A DNA stretch of 61,553 bases, counting the filler. It is 6 parts of 6 records of this genome, joined end to end, with 100 filler letters (N's around TTAATTAATTAA, not from the genome) between each part and the next. Parts side by side here need not be neighbours in the genome. Positions count along the whole stretch, not along the records: positions 20,079 to 31,172 come from SRR2962707_2389; positions 31,273 to 40,105 come from SRR2962707_2392; 4 more parts are not named here. One strand, 5' to 3'. Both the position numbers and the translations under genes were made by a program. Positions within the stretch are counted from its first letter, which is position 1. Every line of letters starts with the position of its first letter. The notes beneath the pieces were generated by a model. It made no database searches. It was not told the origin of the DNA and saw nothing but the letters and a program-made list of their open reading frames with translations. Of the stretch, positions 22,149 through 31,887 are shown piece after piece.

Positions 22149-23555
22149 TCAGACCCGGTTGTAGGTGTCCTCGAAACGCACAATGTCGTCTTCACCCAGG
22201 TAGCTACCCGTCTGCACTTCAATCAGTTCCAGGGGAATAACGCCAGGGTTGGTCAGCCGATGGGTCACACCCAACGGAATGTAGGTGGACTGGTCCTCGG
22301 TCAGCAACAACACATCGTCGCCGCGGTTGACCGTGGCCGTTCCCTTCACCACCACCCAGTGCTCGGCACGATGATGATGTTTCTGCAGTGACAGCGACGC
22401 GCCCGGCTTAACCGTAATGCGCTTGACCTGGAAACGTTCCCCCATGGCGATACCTTCATAGGTACCCCAGGGGCGGTGGACCTTCTTATGGAAGCGGTGT
22501 TCATGGCGGCCCTGAGCCTTGACCTGGGCAACCAGCTTCTTCACATCCTGAACCCGACCACGATCGGCCACCAATACCACATCATCCGTTTCAACGATGA
22601 CGTGATCCGTAATACCCAGCGCCGCAATCAGACGGCCCTCTGAGTGAATGTAGGAGCCGGAAACGTCTTCGGTAATCACATCTCCCCGGCACACGTTGTT
22701 GTTCTCATCGTGGGGCTGGATATCCCAAAGCGCGGACCAGGAGCCCACATCCGACCACCCGGCATCCAGGGGCACCACCACCGCATCGTGAGTCTTTTCC
22801 ATCACCGCATAGTCGATGGAATCGTCCGGGCAAGCCCTGAAGTTCTCGGCACCCACGCGAGTGAAATCCATGTCAGCGTTGCGCTCCTTCCAGGCAGCTC
22901 GGCAGGCTTTCATCATCTCGGGCTGCTGGCTTTCCAGTTCTTCAAGGTAGCGATCAGCGCGAAACAGGAACATGCCGCTGTTCCAGAAATAATCACCCTC
23001 TTTCAGATACTGGCGGGCGGTGTCTTCGTCCGGTTTTTCCACAAAGGCCGCTACATCGTTGTACCCTTCATGGGCCGCGCCGGCCTTGATGTAGCCGTAA
23101 CCTGTGTGAGGCGCGCTGGGCACAATACCGAAGGTAACCAGTTTGCCGGAACGGGCGGCTTCAGCGCCCTGACTCACCGCCTGGCGGAAAACATCCTGAT
23201 TCTTCAATACGTGGTCCGAAGGCATCACCAGAAGCAGCTCTTCCGGGTTTTCTTCAGCAGCCGCGAGGGCCGCGAGGGCAATGGCCGGGGCTGTATTGCG
23301 ACCGACCGGCTCGAGGATGATCCCGGCGGTACGCTCCGGTGCCTGAGCCTGCAAATGGGCCGCGACCACAAACCGGTGCTCTTCATTGGTGATGGCCAAC
23401 ACCCGGGCTTTGTCATCCAGTGCCAGGCCACGATCGATCGTTTCCGCCAGTAGGGAATCGTCAGACACCACCGGCAGAAACTGCTTGGGATAGGCTTCAC
23501 GGGACAACGGCCAGAGACGGGTGCCGGAACCACCAGAAAGAATCACTGCGAGCAT
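22149..23555 (-). CDS. manC: Mannose-1-phosphate guanylyltransferase/mannose-6-phosphate isomerase
   Basis: GGSGTRLWPLSR..PKQF, EPVGRNTAPA, C-terminal cupin RPWG...HHHRAEHW. Confidence 0.97.
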   Translation of the reverse strand: MLAVILSGGSGTRLWPLSREAYPKQFLPVVSDDSLLAETIDRGLALDDKARVLAITNEEHRFVVAAHLQAQAPERTAGIILEPVGRNTAPAIALAALAAAEENPEELLLVMPSDHVLKNQDVFRQAVSQGAEAARSGKLVTFGIVPSAPHTGYGYIKAGAAHEGYNDVAAFVEKPDEDTARQYLKEGDYFWNSGMFLFRADRYLEELESQQPEMMKACRAAWKERNADMDFTRVGAENFRACPDDSIDYAVMEKTHDAVVVPLDAGWSDVGSWSALWDIQPHDENNNVCRGDVITEDVSGSYIHSEGRLIAALGITDHVIVETDDVVLVADRGRVQDVKKLVAQVKAQGRHEHRFHKKVHRPWGTYEGIAMGERFQVKRITVKPGASLSLQKHHHRAEHWVVVKGTATVNRGDDVLLLTEDQSTYIPLGVTHRLTNPGVIPLELIEVQTGSYLGEDDIVRFEDTYNRV

Positions 23556-23675
23556 GGGTCGTCCTTGTCTTGAATTTTCGCGAATTTTACCCCAAAAACC
23601 GCCAACCTGTCCTGCCAGTGACGATTAAACCGGCTCTAACGTGCAAACCTTCACACCTTCTTACCAGGCGCCGGC

Positions 23676-24116
23676 TTACCAGGTGCCGGTGTTTTCCATA
23701 CTGGCCCAGGGTTCCTTCGCTGGTAGCGACTCCCCCTTCTGGAGCAGTTCAATGGAAATGCCGTCCGGCGACCGGATAAACGCCATACGCCCGTCACGCG
23801 GGGGACGATTGATGGTAACGCCGTTGGCCTGAAGGTGACTACACAATGCATAGATGTCGTCCACCCGATACGCCAGATGCCCGAAATTGCGACCACCAGT
23901 ATATTCTTCCGGGTCCCAGTTATAGGTGAGTTCTATCATTGGAGCCCGCTCTTCCCTCGTCCGCGCCTCATCCTCGGCAGCCGCAAGGAAAACCAACGTA
24001 AAGCGCCCCTTTTCACTGCTCTTGCGACTGATTTCCACCATGCCCAGTAGCTCGCAGAAAAAGTGCAGGGTTTTTTCCAGGTTGCTGACCCGGATCATTG
24101 TGTGAAGGTACTGCAT
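23676..24116 (-). CDS. gloA: Lactoylglutathione lyase (glyoxalase I)
   Basis: YLHTMIRV...ELTYNWD...FGHLAY...SPDGISIEL. Confidence 0.9.
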   Translation of the reverse strand: MQYLHTMIRVSNLEKTLHFFCELLGMVEISRKSSEKGRFTLVFLAAAEDEARTREERAPMIELTYNWDPEEYTGGRNFGHLAYRVDDIYALCSHLQANGVTINRPPRDGRMAFIRSPDGISIELLQKGESLPAKEPWASMENTGTW

Positions 24117-24148
24117 ATCGCCTCTCCTGATGCGTTGCCCCGAGGCCT

Positions 24149-25138
24149 ATGACGGGGACTGATCAAATCAATGGTTTAGGGTATCCTGCCAGAATGAACC
24201 GACGCCCTGAAACCACAGCCCATCTCCAATACCGAGTTCCAGCCGTGCGCCACTTGGCGTGGATGTGTCATGCTCCCCAGCTTATCAGTTCTCCCATGGG
24301 TTTTGCCCCGGAAACTTACCTGCCGGATGATGCTGAAGAGCGCCTGAAGGTATGGAACAGTGCGCCCGAACTTGGCCCGGAGGTACTCACGGAACCACCG
24401 GCGCGACGGCTTGGGCACTATTTCGAGCGCCTGTACGAATGCCTGATGCAGGACCTCCTGGGCTGGGAGGTTATGCTCAAGAACCAGCCGGTCCGCAGCA
24501 ACGGCATTACACTGGGCGAACTCGATTTCCTGGTCCGCAACCCTGCCGATAACGTGGTCGAACACCACGAAATTGCCGTGAAGTTTTACCTCGGCCATCA
24601 AGATGACGGTCAGGCGAGGCCACTCTGGTACGGGCCTAATACTCGGGACCGTCTGGATCTCAAAACCCAACGTCTGACCGACCACCAGAGCCAACTCACA
24701 GCAAGACCCGAGACCCGCAACCTTCTGGCGTCTCTGGACATCCAAACACCCGTTCGTCCACGAATTTTCATGCCGGGGTATCTGTTCTATCCCCTGGATA
24801 CGCCCCTATCGCCACCGGAGTGCATCCCGGTGGGACACCTGCGTGGTGACTGGCTCTATATCAGCGATCTGGACGAAATGAATGCGACGGGAAACCTAAC
24901 GGCCGCCGACGGGAAACGATGGATTCCGCTGGTTAAACCTCACTGGCTCGGCCCCTGGCGCCAACAAGAGACCCCCGATCCACAGAGCACCGAAGACGCA
25001 TTGGCCGTCGTTCGATCGGCCGGTGTCCCCCGCCTGTTTGCAGTGCTGGAGCGGTCGCCAGAGGACGGTTACTGGAGTGAGACCTCCCGGGTGTTTGTGG
25101 TTCCGAGTACCTGGCCTGGAGTGCCTGATCAGCGCTGA
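24149..25138 (+). CDS. DUF1853-family protein (PD-(D/E)XK-like)
   Basis: RLGHYFERL, TLGELDFL, HHEIAVKFYL, WYGPNTRDRL; start uncertain (24149 or 24194). Confidence 0.8.
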   Translation: MTGTDQINGLGYPARMNRRPETTAHLQYRVPAVRHLAWMCHAPQLISSPMGFAPETYLPDDAEERLKVWNSAPELGPEVLTEPPARRLGHYFERLYECLMQDLLGWEVMLKNQPVRSNGITLGELDFLVRNPADNVVEHHEIAVKFYLGHQDDGQARPLWYGPNTRDRLDLKTQRLTDHQSQLTARPETRNLLASLDIQTPVRPRIFMPGYLFYPLDTPLSPPECIPVGHLRGDWLYISDLDEMNATGNLTAADGKRWIPLVKPHWLGPWRQQETPDPQSTEDALAVVRSAGVPRLFAVLERSPEDGYWSETSRVFVVPSTWPGVPDQR

Positions 25139-25149
25139 ACTGCCGTTGG

Positions 25150-26211
25150 CTATATCGTCTCCAGTTCCACACGATTCCTGCCGCCCTCCTTGCTGCGATA
25201 GAGTGCTCGATCCGCACGACTGATGGCGGAATTCAGGTTGTCGCCCGGGCGCAACTCACTGACGCCTGCACTGATGGTCAGATCGATGGGTTCGCCGGTC
25301 GTCGCCAGCCAGTCATGGGCCAGAAGCGCCTTGCGCATACGCTCCGCACTGGCCTGAGCACTATCAAGGCCAGTATCGGGAAGCACCGCGAGAAATTCCT
25401 CACCACCCCAGCGGGAGATCAAGTCCTGAGTACGCAACTGGGCCTTGATAAGGTTGGCGACTTCAATCAATACCCGATCACCAACCTCGTGTCCGTGCCG
25501 GTCATTGATGGCCTTGAAGTGATCAATATCAAGCACCAGGAACGCAACCGGGCGCCCTGTCCTCTGGAAGCGCGCCAGTTCCTTTTCCGCAAGCTCGGTC
25601 ATTTGGCGCCGGTTGAATAGGGCGGTCAATGAATCGGTTGTCGCCATCCGCCGCAGTTTTCGGTTTGCCGTGGTCACCATGGTGAGGTAGAAAAACGACA
25701 GGTAACTGAACATGGCGAACACCACACTCAGGTTAAACAGATAAACCGCGAGCAAGGCGCCAGGGGCAATGGGCTGCAGCGGCTCGATAACCCACATCAC
25801 CAGATACAGAGTGATGTAATAGCTCCACAGCGCCACCAGAAAGATCACCGCCGTTCGCAACGCCATGCTAACGAACAGCGCCGGAATGAACATCAGCAGG
25901 AAATAGTGAAAGCCGCTCTCCCAGCCGATAAGCAAAACGCCCAACCCAGCGTGGATAATCACTTCCGCCCAGATCAAGCTCATGGCCAAGCCATTCTGCT
26001 TCCTGGCCAATGCCCGGTAGGCCACCACGTACATGGTGACGCTTACCACGTTCACCCACGCCAATATCGGTGAACCGAGAAGATGGAAAAGAAAGAAGAA
26101 CGCCACATCAACCGTGGCGGCAATCTGGCAACAGCGCTTGGCCACCTGCCAGAATTGCGGACGACGCTCCCTGATGGGTTCCCTGGCAGACATGGATTTG
26201 GGCCGACTCAT
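25150..26211 (-). CDS. Membrane-bound diguanylate cyclase
   Basis: Several N-terminal TM segments; GGEEF A-site with RTQD I-site. Confidence 0.92.
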   Translation of the reverse strand: MSRPKSMSAREPIRERRPQFWQVAKRCCQIAATVDVAFFFLFHLLGSPILAWVNVVSVTMYVVAYRALARKQNGLAMSLIWAEVIIHAGLGVLLIGWESGFHYFLLMFIPALFVSMALRTAVIFLVALWSYYITLYLVMWVIEPLQPIAPGALLAVYLFNLSVVFAMFSYLSFFYLTMVTTANRKLRRMATTDSLTALFNRRQMTELAEKELARFQRTGRPVAFLVLDIDHFKAINDRHGHEVGDRVLIEVANLIKAQLRTQDLISRWGGEEFLAVLPDTGLDSAQASAERMRKALLAHDWLATTGEPIDLTISAGVSELRPGDNLNSAISRADRALYRSKEGGRNRVELETI

Positions 26212-26404
26212 AAACAGTGATTTCCAAAACGGTTATCTTCAGGTTACCCCGAAAATTACCAGCCTGCTCACCACAAACGTTAAATACTGAAAATCTTTGA
26301 AACACCCGTACGAAGCGTGAAGCTCCCTGCAACCAGAACCCTGTTTCAGTAACCGGTTTGTGGCAGAATATTCCCCATCAACAACGAAATGATGGATCAC
26401 TATC

Positions 26405-28282
26405 ATGGACGACCACAGCCAGTTCCGGCTGCTTTCAGAGCGACGCTTTCTGCCGTTCTTCCTGACCCAGTTCTCAGGCGCCTTTAACGACAACCTGTTC
26501 CGCAACATTCTGCTGTTGCTGATTACTTACACGGCTGGTGGGCTGCTGGGGCTGCCCATTGATGTGGTGGTCAACATCGCGGCGTTGCTGTTTATCCTGC
26601 CCTTTTTCCTGTTTTCAGGTATCGCTGGCCAACTGGCGGACAAGTATGAAAAGTCCCGTGTGATTCGCTGGGTAAAACTCGCGGAGATCGCCATTATGGC
26701 GCTGGCCGCCGCCGGGCTCTGGGTCGGCTGGTACGAATCGCTGCTGCTGTTGTTGTTCCTGATGGGCGTGCAATCTACCTTCTTCGGCCCGGTGAAGTAC
26801 GCCATCCTGCCCCAAGTGCTTCGGGACGATGAGCTGGTGGGCGGAAACGCGCTGGTGGAAATGGGCACCTTCGTGGCGATTCTTGTGGGCACACTTGCCG
26901 CTGGCCTGCTTATGGGCAGCGACCAACCGGAGAAACTCGCAGCAATCGGGATCCTCGCCCTGGCCGTCATCGGCTACCTGGCAGCGCGGCAAGTGCCGGT
27001 GAGCGGCACCACCAATCCCGACATGACCATACGCCTGAACCCACTGCGGGAAACCTGGCATCTGATGCGCCTGGCCGCGGAAAATCACTCGGTGTTGCTG
27101 TGCATTATGGCGATTTCCTGGTTCTGGTTCCTCGGCGCCGCCTACCTCACCCAGTTCCCCAGCTTTGCCCAGACCGACCTTATGGGTGATGAAACCGTGG
27201 TCACCCTGCTGCTGGCCATCTTCACCATCGGCATTGCGTTAGGCTCTGTCGCCTGCGAACGGCTTTCCGGCCATCGGATAGAACTGGGTATTGTGCCCAT
27301 TGGCTCCCTGGGCATCAGCCTGTTCGGGCTCGACCTCTACTTCAACATGCCCGCCAACCCGGTACCAACCGACTGGTGGATGATGATCAGCGACAGCCAG
27401 CACCGGCAAGTGGCCATCGATCTGCTGGGGATCGGCTTTTTTGGTGGCCTGTTTATCGTGCCCCTTTACGCATTTGTGCAACGGGAAACCCCGGAGGAAC
27501 GGCGCGCCCGTGTTATTGCGGCACTGAACGTGTTCAACGCCCTGTTCATGGTGGTCAGCGCCATCATGGGCGTAATGATGCTGGGCGTGATCGGCCTCAG
27601 CATCCCCGAGTTCTTCCTGGTACTGGCCATCATGAACCTGATTGTGGCGGGCTTTGTGTACCAGCAGGTGCCCGAATTCGCCCTTCGGTTTATTGTCTGG
27701 GTGCTTTCCCACACTATTTACCGGGTACACCACGAAGGCCTGAATCGCATTCCCGAGGAAGGACCGGCACTGCTGGTCTGCAACCACGTCACCTACATGG
27801 ACGCCCTCGTGATTGCCGGCGCGATCAGGCGGCCTGTCCGATTCGTGATGGACTACCAGATCTTTAAAACGCCGGTACTCGGCGCGATTTTCAAGCTTGC
27901 CAAAACCATTCCCATTGGCTCCCGCAATCGGGTACCGGAGATCTACGACGCCGCCTTCGAGCGCATTGACGAAGAACTGGACGCCGGCCATGTCGTCTGC
28001 ATCTTTCCCGAGGGCCGCCTGACCTCCGACGGTGAGGTAGCCACCTTCCGCGGCGGCGTGGATATTATCCTGGAGCGACGCCCGGTACCAGTCGTTCCCA
28101 TGGCCCTGCGAGGCCTGTGGGGCAGCTTCTTCAGCCACTGCGGCGGGCCTGCGTTGAAACATCTTCCCAAGCGCTTCTGGTCGCGGATTGAACTCATTGC
28201 CGGTGAGCCGGTAACCGCGCAGGAGGCCAATGCGGAAATGCTGGAAGAAAAGGTCAAAGCCCTGAGGGGCAATCACCGCTAG
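26405..28282 (+). CDS. MFS (LplT-like)-acyltransferase fusion
   Basis: AFNDN and FFGPVKYAILP in the MFS part; PlsC motifs NHVTYMD and IFPEG. Confidence 0.92.
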   Translation: MDDHSQFRLLSERRFLPFFLTQFSGAFNDNLFRNILLLLITYTAGGLLGLPIDVVVNIAALLFILPFFLFSGIAGQLADKYEKSRVIRWVKLAEIAIMALAAAGLWVGWYESLLLLLFLMGVQSTFFGPVKYAILPQVLRDDELVGGNALVEMGTFVAILVGTLAAGLLMGSDQPEKLAAIGILALAVIGYLAARQVPVSGTTNPDMTIRLNPLRETWHLMRLAAENHSVLLCIMAISWFWFLGAAYLTQFPSFAQTDLMGDETVVTLLLAIFTIGIALGSVACERLSGHRIELGIVPIGSLGISLFGLDLYFNMPANPVPTDWWMMISDSQHRQVAIDLLGIGFFGGLFIVPLYAFVQRETPEERRARVIAALNVFNALFMVVSAIMGVMMLGVIGLSIPEFFLVLAIMNLIVAGFVYQQVPEFALRFIVWVLSHTIYRVHHEGLNRIPEEGPALLVCNHVTYMDALVIAGAIRRPVRFVMDYQIFKTPVLGAIFKLAKTIPIGSRNRVPEIYDAAFERIDEELDAGHVVCIFPEGRLTSDGEVATFRGGVDIILERRPVPVVPMALRGLWGSFFSHCGGPALKHLPKRFWSRIELIAGEPVTAQEANAEMLEEKVKALRGNHR

Positions 28283-28408
28283 GCATCCCCAAAACCGACT
28301 GGTTGTAATGATCTGAGCGACTGCTACTCTTTGACTATCATCAACTTTTAGTGCGGCCGATCGATGACGGTGTTGTGAACCACCCCCGCCATCCGGCCAG
28401 CACCTGCT

Positions 28409-29290
28409 TTGGTGGATGGACAGATGTTTAAGCAGGGATCGCCCAAGCACGATCGACGACTCATTCGGTTGATCAGGCAGCTATTGAGTCACCTCTACAC
28501 TACCCTTACCAGTGCGCTGATGGCCTGCGCCCTCGCCTTGCCGCTTCAAGCCGACGAAGCGGCTCCGACCATCGGGCTCACCAATGGGCACTGGCCTCCC
28601 TACATGGAAAACACACCACCTCATTACGGGGTCATTTCCCAGATCGTCACCCTGGCCTTCGCCAAGAAAGACATTCCCGTATCCTATGGCTTTTTCCCTT
28701 GGTCCCGCGCTCGCCTTCTGGCGGAAAAAGGCCGGTGGGAAGGTTCAGTTGCCTGGACCTGTCGAAAGAAATTACTAAAGCATTTCCACTTCAGCGACCC
28801 AATCGTCGCCCATAACTACGCCCTGTTTCATCGCACCAGCATGGATTTCGACTGGGAAGACGTAAAAGACCTGGAGAGCTATCGCATAGGGCTGACCCAG
28901 GACTACAACTACGGCGAGGAATTCGAGGAAGCCGTCGCCGCCGGCACCATCAGTGCCGATGTCACCACCTCCGACGAATCCAACTTCCGCAAACTTGCGG
29001 CCGGCCGAATCGACCTGTTTCCAATGGAGCCCGCCGTGGGCATGGGCATGCTGAAAGAGCTCGGCCTCAGCGGCAAGATCACCTTCCACACCACGCCGCT
29101 GCAATCGGATTACTTGTACCTGATCCTGTCCAAACTGGTGCCAGAAAGTGAACGGTATCTGGAGAAATTCAACGAAGGGCTCAGTGAGTTGCGGGCGTCT
29201 GGCAGGCTGGAGGAGTTGATTACAACCTCACTGCCGGATTTGCCGGCTCGGTATCTGGTGGTGGAGGATGAGGTGCAGTGTGTTGAGTGA
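28409..29290 (+). CDS. Periplasmic substrate-binding protein (amino-acid ABC family 3-like)
   Basis: WPPY, FFPWSRA, LAAGRIDL, FNEGL..LRASG motifs; start uncertain. Confidence 0.85.
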   Translation: MVDGQMFKQGSPKHDRRLIRLIRQLLSHLYTTLTSALMACALALPLQADEAAPTIGLTNGHWPPYMENTPPHYGVISQIVTLAFAKKDIPVSYGFFPWSRARLLAEKGRWEGSVAWTCRKKLLKHFHFSDPIVAHNYALFHRTSMDFDWEDVKDLESYRIGLTQDYNYGEEFEEAVAAGTISADVTTSDESNFRKLAAGRIDLFPMEPAVGMGMLKELGLSGKITFHTTPLQSDYLYLILSKLVPESERYLEKFNEGLSELRASGRLEELITTSLPDLPARYLVVEDEVQCVE

Positions 29291-29346
29291 GGTGGTTTAT
29301 ACACTGCTCCAAACTGGCCTATTGGACACTACCTTATCGCAGGAAT

Positions 29347-29718
29347 CTAGTGCGCAGGACAATGCTTGATAAGGGATGATTTGGAGTAGTCGATACCGAA
29401 AAGCCAGTCATTCCAACCTTGAATCGGCTCATCTGTCACACATACTACTGCTCCGCCGATTTCAGGGTGATTAGACAAATAATAGAACTTGAAACCGTCC
29501 GGAGGGGACAGCTCACGTAACATCCGGCCTTCATCATCTAGAATCATCAGACTGTTTGGAGGCTCACCTGAGCCAGTATGAACAAGTATGTTCCATTTTT
29601 TAGGCTCAATAGTAGCTTGGTCTAGCCCGGGTATAGTTATATTCTTAGTCTGGCCAAAACGAAACCAACTAATAGATTCATTCTTCTTATCTACTACTAA
29701 CTTCTCAATGGTTTCCAT
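29347..29718 (-). CDS. Hypothetical protein, candidate orphan immunity protein
   Basis: 123 aa, low GC, downstream of and codirectional with the Rhs toxin/immunity pair. Confidence 0.6.
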   Translation of the reverse strand: METIEKLVVDKKNESISWFRFGQTKNITIPGLDQATIEPKKWNILVHTGSGEPPNSLMILDDEGRMLRELSPPDGFKFYYLSNHPEIGGAVVCVTDEPIQGWNDWLFGIDYSKSSLIKHCPAH

Positions 29719-29866
29719 AAAGTTGAAACGTTTGTTATAACTCGACGCGGGCAGATGTATTTCTAGAAGTTCATTTAGGATACTACCCTCTGAGACTTGG
29801 TTCTGCTTTTCAGTTTCCTAGTTAGAGATCTGACATCTTCACTAATCCCCCTTTAAAAACTATAAC

Positions 29867-30193
29867 CTAATGATCTTCAATTAAATATTCAGATGGACTC
29901 GTCCATGCAATAGTTTTATACGAGCCTTTCACTAATCCAATTTCATGATAGTACTCTATAAGTTCAGAAGGGCTCCAATCACGTCCCTTTGAAAAAAGGG
30001 CTCCCTTCTCAGTGAGATCTTCAATTAATTTTACTCTATCCTTATCGTCAGATATGGGTCTACGAAAACAATAGCCGTCCTTTTTAAAACCGAGTCTCAC
30101 CAACCCTTTCCCGATAGACTCATCTTCAATATGGAGAACCGCTGTATTTCCCGCAATATCCTTAACAATAATTTTGTCACTTGGAACGAGCAT
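29867..30193 (-). CDS. Candidate cognate immunity protein of the Rhs toxin
   Basis: 108 aa, low GC; ATG abuts the Rhs stop (TAA|ATG). Confidence 0.7.
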   Translation of the reverse strand: MLVPSDKIIVKDIAGNTAVLHIEDESIGKGLVRLGFKKDGYCFRRPISDDKDRVKLIEDLTEKGALFSKGRDWSPSELIEYYHEIGLVKGSYKTIAWTSPSEYLIEDH

Positions 30194-31171
30194 TTAATCT
30201 CCTGCACTGACGGTTAGAACGGTTGAAACTTGGTCGCTATCAGTAGTCGGCACGGACCTAATTACCATTTCCGGCGCACCTCCTGGCAGATGCTGACCTG
30301 GCCCCCGAAAATAGCTATTGCCCTCAAGCGGACTAGACGGGCTCAAGTTTCGAATATCCGATATTTCGCGAACCTTAAACCCATCACTCAAAGACCCAGG
30401 TTCCAGCCCCATATCTCTCTCAATTATAGAGATCACAGACCTAGGCACCGTGATTTCAGACTGCCCCTCATACCCAGCAAAGTAATCCGTTGCCCCTTGG
30501 CGATCAGTTACAAATGTGCCGCTTCGACCAATTGTTGGATATTTATCCCATGTGACGGGACTAATATTATATCCGACATTGTCATCCAACATTCTAGCTT
30601 GTCGGCGTCTCGCATTTTCAACCTGATCCCGATCAAGAGATTTGTCGGGTTCGTCTTTAGCTAACGACACCAACCCCAACGGATCCACCCACCCCGTGGG
30701 ATTCGGAACATACTGGTAGTTATTCAACCCACCCGCAAGCCCAATCGGGTCCGGGGTCAAGAAGCGCCCGGTGTTGGGATTGTAGTACCGGTGGCGGTTG
30801 TAATGCAGGCCGGTTTCCGGGTCGTGGTATTGGCCCTGGAAGCGGATCGGGTTGTCGATTTCGTTGACCAGGGCGCGAACAACGTTGCCGTAGGCCCGGT
30901 AAGTCACCGACCAGACGAGGTCACCCTCGGCGTTGGTGAGTTCCTGGGGTGTGCCCAGGTGGTCCAGGTGGTAATAGTAAATGCTGGCCTGTTCGGGGCC
31001 GCAGCCGTCTACCAGCGCCAGGGGTTTAAAGGTATCTGGCTCGTAGACGTAAGTGCGGTACTGGTCGCCGGTTTCCTCGGCGATCAGGCGGTCGCCCTGC
31101 CAGAGGAATTCGGTCCGGGTCAGGCCGTTGGTTTTGGCGATGCGGCGGCCGAAGGCGTCGTATTCGTAGTG
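30194..31171 (-). CDS. Rhs/YD-repeat polymorphic toxin, 3' part (contig edge)
   Basis: Frame open back to the contig end: YEYDAFGRR, YYHLDHLGTP, RFQGQYHDPETGLHYNRHRYY, PTGWVDPLGL cleavage motif, then a 158-aa variable tip. Confidence 0.95.
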   Translation of the reverse strand, partial: HYEYDAFGRRIAKTNGLTRTEFLWQGDRLIAEETGDQYRTYVYEPDTFKPLALVDGCGPEQASIYYYHLDHLGTPQELTNAEGDLVWSVTYRAYGNVVRALVNEIDNPIRFQGQYHDPETGLHYNRHRYYNPNTGRFLTPDPIGLAGGLNNYQYVPNPTGWVDPLGLVSLAKDEPDKSLDRDQVENARRRQARMLDDNVGYNISPVTWDKYPTIGRSGTFVTDRQGATDYFAGYEGQSEITVPRSVISIIERDMGLEPGSLSDGFKVREISDIRNLSPSSPLEGNSYFRGPGQHLPGGAPEMVIRSVPTTDSDQVSTVLTVSAGD

Positions 31172-31172
31172 C

Positions 31173-31272
31173 NNNNNNNNNNNNNNNNNNNNNNNNNNNN
31201 NNNNNNNNNNNNNNNNTTAATTAATTAANNNNNNNNNNNNNNNNNNNNNNNNNNNNNNNNNNNNNNNNNNNN
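31173..31272. other. Artificial contig linker 2
   Basis: N44-TTAATTAATTAA-N44. Confidence 0.98.
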
Positions 31273-31788
31273 ATCGGCGGCATCATCAAGCACGCCAAGG
31301 CGATCAACGCGTTCTCCAACCCGTCGACCAACTCCTACAAGCGTCTGGTCCCTGGTTATGAAGCTCCTGTGTTGCTGGCCTACTCGGCTCGCAACCGGTC
31401 GGCCTCCTGCCGTATCCCGTTCGGCTCTTCGCCGAAGTCCAAGCGCGTTGAAGTCCGTTTCGGCGACCCGACCGCCAACCCGTATCTGTGCTTTGCAGCC
31501 ATGCTGATGGCCGGCATCGACGGCATCAAGAACAAGATCCATCCTGGCAAGGCCATGGACAAGGACCTTTACGACCTGCCTGCAAAGGAACTCAAGAAGA
31601 TCCCGACCGTTTCCGGCTCGCTGCGTGAAGCGCTCGAAAACCTCGACAAGGATCGCAAGTTCCTGACAGCCGGCGGCGTCTTCGACGACGACCAGATCGA
31701 CAGCTTCATCGAACTGAAGATGGCTGAAGTGATGCGGTTTGAAATGACCCCGCATCCGGTCGAGTTCGACATGTACTACTCGGTCTGA
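31273..31788 (+). CDS. glnA: Glutamine synthetase type I, C-terminal fragment
   Basis: [22 protein letters not shown], adenylylation loop [18 protein letters not shown]. Confidence 0.97.
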   Translation: MGGIIKHAKAINAFSNPSTNSYKRLVPGYEAPVLLAYSARNRSASCRIPFGSSPKSKRVEVRFGDPTANPYLCFAAMLMAGIDGIKNKIHPGKAMDKDLYDLPAKELKKIPTVSGSLREALENLDKDRKFLTAGGVFDDDQIDSFIELKMAEVMRFEMTPHPVEFDMYYSV

Positions 31789-31823
31789 TTGACCGATACC
31801 GGGCCGCTCAGGCGGTCCGGTAC

Positions 31824-31864
31824 AAAAAAGCCGGCGGAACCAAATCGGTTTCGCCGGCTTTTTA
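31824..31864. terminator. Bidirectional intrinsic terminator after glnA
   Basis: A6-GCCGGCGGAACC...GGTTTCGCCGGC-T6. Confidence 0.85.
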
Positions 31865-31887
31865 TTAGGTATCTCTTATAATTTGGA

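Noticed and set aside
22149-23555. Stand-alone manC as sign of a hidden polysaccharide island
   Set aside because: No glycosyltransferase or export genes nearby and GC matches the host; isolated copies are unremarkable
27239-28450. 403-aa minus-strand ORF
   Set aside because: Antisense to the well-supported MFS-acyltransferase gene; no recognisable motifs
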